Shown: piece by piece, positions 60,344-64,000 of the stretch
Layout: every line of letters starts with the position of its first letter
How positions within the stretch are numbered: position 1 is the first letter of the stretch
Assembly: GCA_973895155.1 (NCBI GenBank)
Contig: OZ316893.1
Coordinates: 2,810,430 to 2,874,429, forward strand
Reading direction: 5' to 3'
DNA: 64,000 nt
Source: Marsupella aquatica
Lineage: Eukaryota; Plantae; Marchantiophyta
Notes under the pieces: generated by a model
What the model was told of the DNA's origin: nothing
The model's database searches: none
The model's input: the letters and a program-made list of their open reading frames with translations, nothing else
Program-made: the position numbers and the translations under genes

Positions 60344-63300
60344 TTAATAACTTCTCAAGCCTGCTGAGGGGTTTTCTTAGATCACACAACCCCCCCTTCA
60401 CCGACAAAGTATTCTCAATACCTCACATTCTATCTGAGTTGGGTGCGACAGTCTCCAATCAAGCCGATGCAACTCACACTCTGCTCACTAGTTCCACTCC
60501 TGGTGACTTAACCGATCAAGAAACAATGTATCAACAATTCACAGTGTTTCTTGGTGTTACTTGAAAGAAGGCCAAATCAACTTGAGTGATTATTCATAGA
60601 TTCAAGACAACTGTCAATTACTGATACCAAGCGTTCAAGGTTTAATAAGCCGAGAGCTTTCCTAATTTACAATGTGATTCAGTTCATTGATGCACTAAAG
60701 GCTTGATTAAGTAAAAACCCTACATCCATGCTGCTAACGCTACAAAGTGCTCCCTACAAGGCATTGGTTCCATTTTCAACAGGTAAAAACCATTTGGAAA
60801 AGTATACATGATGCCTTCAAACATAGATGTACTGCTCGATGTACTGTTGGACTATGACGAAGGACACAAATACAAATGATTCAGAATATTTGCCTAGGGA
60901 AAATGTAGGATGCCAAAAGTAAACAAAATCCTTGGAGGTCGTGGTTATGGTGCCGTATTGAGCTCAAATGTTCTTGTAGGGCCACATGAAAGTAAAGACA
61001 TTGAAAACTTGAAGTTTGAGGCACGTAGTATACTCAATATTGCTCTTCAAGTGAGCAATAAAAGTGGCCCTTGAAGTGAGCAATAAAAATGGCCATGTAA
61101 ATTGTCATTGTGAATCTTTCTTTGTATTTCCATGGAAGGCTATGGGCCAGGATGCCCTTGCTAGCCGGACCAGGTATTCCCTGTTTTAAATATACTGTGT
61201 AACTACTGGCGCATATCAGAGCTTACAATGAATCCTCCAAAGCATAGTTTTCACAAATTCAGTTGTCCGGTTTGCGCTTTGTACTGACCCATCCCCTTTG
61301 CAGGGGAGATGGCTTTTAATCCCCTTGAGTTGACTACTTTGGAGGATAACAGCCCATAAACCCCTTGACAGAGGGGGTATGTTACCCTAGACCTAACCTT
61401 GGCTAATCCCAAGCTCGTGAGGGCTCCAGACGACCAACGGCCCCTCCTGCTGTCCAGATGGACATATACAAGGTCACCAGGGAAATAGAGGGTGCCATGG
61501 TGGTATAGCATATGCCCAGACATATGTAATGTTTGGATGTGAGGCTCACAAGGGGCTACAAGCTTTGTTCAGACTATACAGCATATGTGAACTCAAGGGA
61601 TAATGTTTAGGGACGTGAGGGCTGTTTTATAGCATACAATTATGGTGACTGTGAAACATAAACATCAAAATTAGGAAAGGAGGGTAACTTTTTCACCAAC
61701 CTTTGCTGGGTGTAATCGAGTTATCCTAAAGATTGAGGTGAAACATTCTTGAAGTTGTCTCATCCTGCTGACAGGTGACTTAGAGTGAAGCGGGGATTGA
61801 AGGCTACCCCAAAGCCCTTCTGGCAATTTCAGCCCCCATAGATTTGAATCCTGAGTAGTTGAAGTGAGAGATGACCCTTGCCTTACCATGGATCTTAATT
61901 TGCCTTAATAAGAGTCTACTCAGACCCATTTGGCCACATTAGGAACAACTAATATTTGAGCATTAATTAAGAGAAAAATGGCTTGTGAGATAGTATGGGA
62001 GTGGATATGGGGGCGCTGTCCAGTATTGGGAGCTACACTATCAGTGCACAGGCAGTGAAGAAGGTACAGTTGTCTCTTTCTGAGTGCACACTCCTGGAAG
62101 AAGCATCCGGTGTGCACTTAGTGATAAGTGTAAAAGTGTGTGATTGTGCATTTATCTATAAGAGCTACAGCACCTCCATGTGCAATGGGTCCCTCTGTCA
62201 CTGAACATGCTAGTGAGTCCCAACCTAAATTTTTACAATTTTGTCCTAGAGGTGATCCCCCAAACCAGAAGTGCAATTTTATATTAAATGCCATGCACTT
62301 ATCACGAAGTGTAGTCTATGGGATTGTGTGCTTAACGGTAAGTGTTCATGTGCACTTATCAAGGATTTGCACGTACATCGTTGTGGTTGAGAGGAAGTTT
62401 GATTGGCCTGTTTGCAATTACAAAAAGTGCAAACTGTGCAAACCCCAAGGAAAAAAGGAAGAACGAGACCTCTTGAGACCTCTTGCAGTTAGCAAGATTT
62501 TGCATTTCTGGAGTGTGCACGAAGAGAGAGATGCCAGTATCATTCTGTGAGCTATCTGCTACATAGGATTTCCCGCTGTCTGCCGTCTTCTTTTTGTCGC
62601 TTGTAGTCCTCTACCTCTTTCTTTTCGTTTGGAAACAGGAGGAAACCCAAAACCATAAACCATGTACACTTTCATGCACTGTAGATATGGCTTTAGGCTG
62701 TGTACCTCCAATTATCTCCAACCAATTACAGTAGTGTTGTTAGTCACACTAATTGGGTAGCCCTTAAACTTTTAAAATGGTGTGAGTCACATTGATTTTG
62801 TGGTCACTCTAACTGCAGTTCAAGTTTCTGTCATCTCAAGATTGAAAGATTTCTAGACCAGTAGGTGGGAAGAAAAATACTGGAGACAGTTCGAGATGGA
62901 CAGTGGTAAGAATCTTGAAGCTTGTCTAGTCAGATTATTCACGAATTTTGTAATCAAGCTCAGGCCATCTGGCACGGGTATTTATTTTGTCGACTCAGAT
63001 TGTTCATTTTACATAACTTTCATATGAATAATGCAAATCTCGCTCAGTCCATCTGTCGCTGGTAAATTGTCGACTCAGATTGCTCAATTTTCATAATCCC
63101 GGAGATGCGACTTAAAATCGTAATTAGTGTGATTCCTGCTAAAACATTTGTTGGGACACGCTGTGATTCTTTAGTCACACTAGTGGTGAACAGTGTAATT
63201 GCTGTTATCCGCTGAAATTTGGTGTACCATTTCTGCCGTCTCCCTGTGCTTATCGGTACAGCACTGTAATATTGTAATTCCTCTTCGTTGACAACCTCCT

Positions 63301-63350
63301 CGAGCTTCGTTGAATTGCTATCTGAAGACTGCGTTCGAATCGGAATCGTC

Positions 63351-63388
<38 letters not shown>
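63351..63388 (+). repeat. (CA)4(GA)15 microsatellite in the HIR 5' UTR
   Basis: Dinucleotide run ending 20 nt before the ATG. Confidence 0.95.
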
Positions 63389-63390
<2 letters not shown>

Positions 63391-63408
63391 AGGGGAGCAA
63401 GAGCAAGG

Positions 63409-64000
63409 ATGGGTCAAATGCTTGGATGTCTGCAGGTGGATCAATCCACCGTTGGGGTGAAGGAGAAATTTGGGAGGTTTTCGGATATAATTGAGCCGGG
63501 ATGTCACTGTGTTCCCTGGTGCTGCGGAGTGAACGTGGCCGGCACGCTCACGCTTCGCGTCCAGCAGCTGGACGTTCGTTGTGAGACGAAAACGAAGGAT
63601 AACGTGTTTGTTGTGGTCGTGGCGTCGGTTCAGTACCGAGCAATCAAGGACTCTGCCTACGATGCCTTCTACAAACTCACAAACCCTAAGTCGCAAATCC
63701 AGTCTTACGTTTTTGACGTTGTCAGAGCCAGTGTGCCGAAGATGCTGCTCGATGATGTGTTTGAGCAGAAGAGTGAGGTTGCCAAGAATGTTGAGACGGA
63801 GCTGGAGAAGGCCATGGGGGCCTATGGATACGAAATTGTCCAGACGTTGATCGTTGACATCGAGCCTGATGCGGGTGTCAAACGAGCGATGAATGAGATC
63901 AACGCAGCTGCCCGGTTGAGGGTTGCAGCTCGTGACAAGGCAGAAGCGGAGAAGATATTGCAGGTGAAGAGGGCTGAAGGAGAAGCAGAGGCGAGGTATT
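63409..64000 (+). CDS. HIR: hypersensitive-induced response protein (SPFH/band-7 family), 3'-truncated by the window edge
   Basis: Manual translation [24 protein letters not shown]...[17 protein letters not shown]...[16 protein letters not shown]...[46 protein letters not shown]-terminal Gly2/Cys7 acylation motif. Missing from the ORF track because no stop lies in the window. Confidence 0.96.
   Translation, partial: MGQMLGCLQVDQSTVGVKEKFGRFSDIIEPGCHCVPWCCGVNVAGTLTLRVQQLDVRCETKTKDNVFVVVVASVQYRAIKDSAYDAFYKLTNPKSQIQSYVFDVVRASVPKMLLDDVFEQKSEVAKNVETELEKAMGAYGYEIVQTLIVDIEPDAGVKRAMNEINAAARLRVAARDKAEAEKILQVKRAEGEAEARY

Noticed and set aside
61164-61181. Partial resemblance to miR166 (cggaccagg..attccc)
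   Set aside because: Several mismatches and a deletion, and no fold-back partner seen.
61251-61889. Short minus-strand ORFs (FPGDLVYV...)
   Set aside because: Too short and fragmented to assign.
1-64000. CRISPR arrays, tRNA/rRNA genes, prokaryotic operons
   Set aside because: No repeat-spacer array or recognisable structural RNA gene seen. The sequence is plant nuclear DNA.

Overview
Eukaryotic nuclear DNA of a land plant, most likely a non-seed plant such as a liverwort or other bryophyte (inferred from gene content, intron-poor genes and TE types; not verifiable here). Host genes: a 249-aa plant unknown-function gene (10454-11203 +), an intronless MOT1-family molybdate transporter (22008-23519 +), a large Ser/Arg-rich disordered protein (41058-44606 -), a two-exon putative plastid membrane protein (51166-52567 +) and a truncated HIR/SPFH gene (63409-end +). 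Mobile DNA: a near-complete CRE-like retrotransposon with a restriction-like endonuclease (RLE) and two nonsense codons (433-5077 -), a full-length decayed L1 LINE with poly(A) and a 16-bp target-site duplication (TSD) (32368-38733 +), and a Tourist-like MITE. The most unusual signal is a set of non-autonomous elements with TTAA|ACCAC...GTGGT|TTAA ends. They share a palindrome centred exactly 31 nt from one terminus, and it shows a compensatory base change between otherwise unrelated subfamilies. All calls were made by eye from the sequence and the ORF track; no database searches were run.
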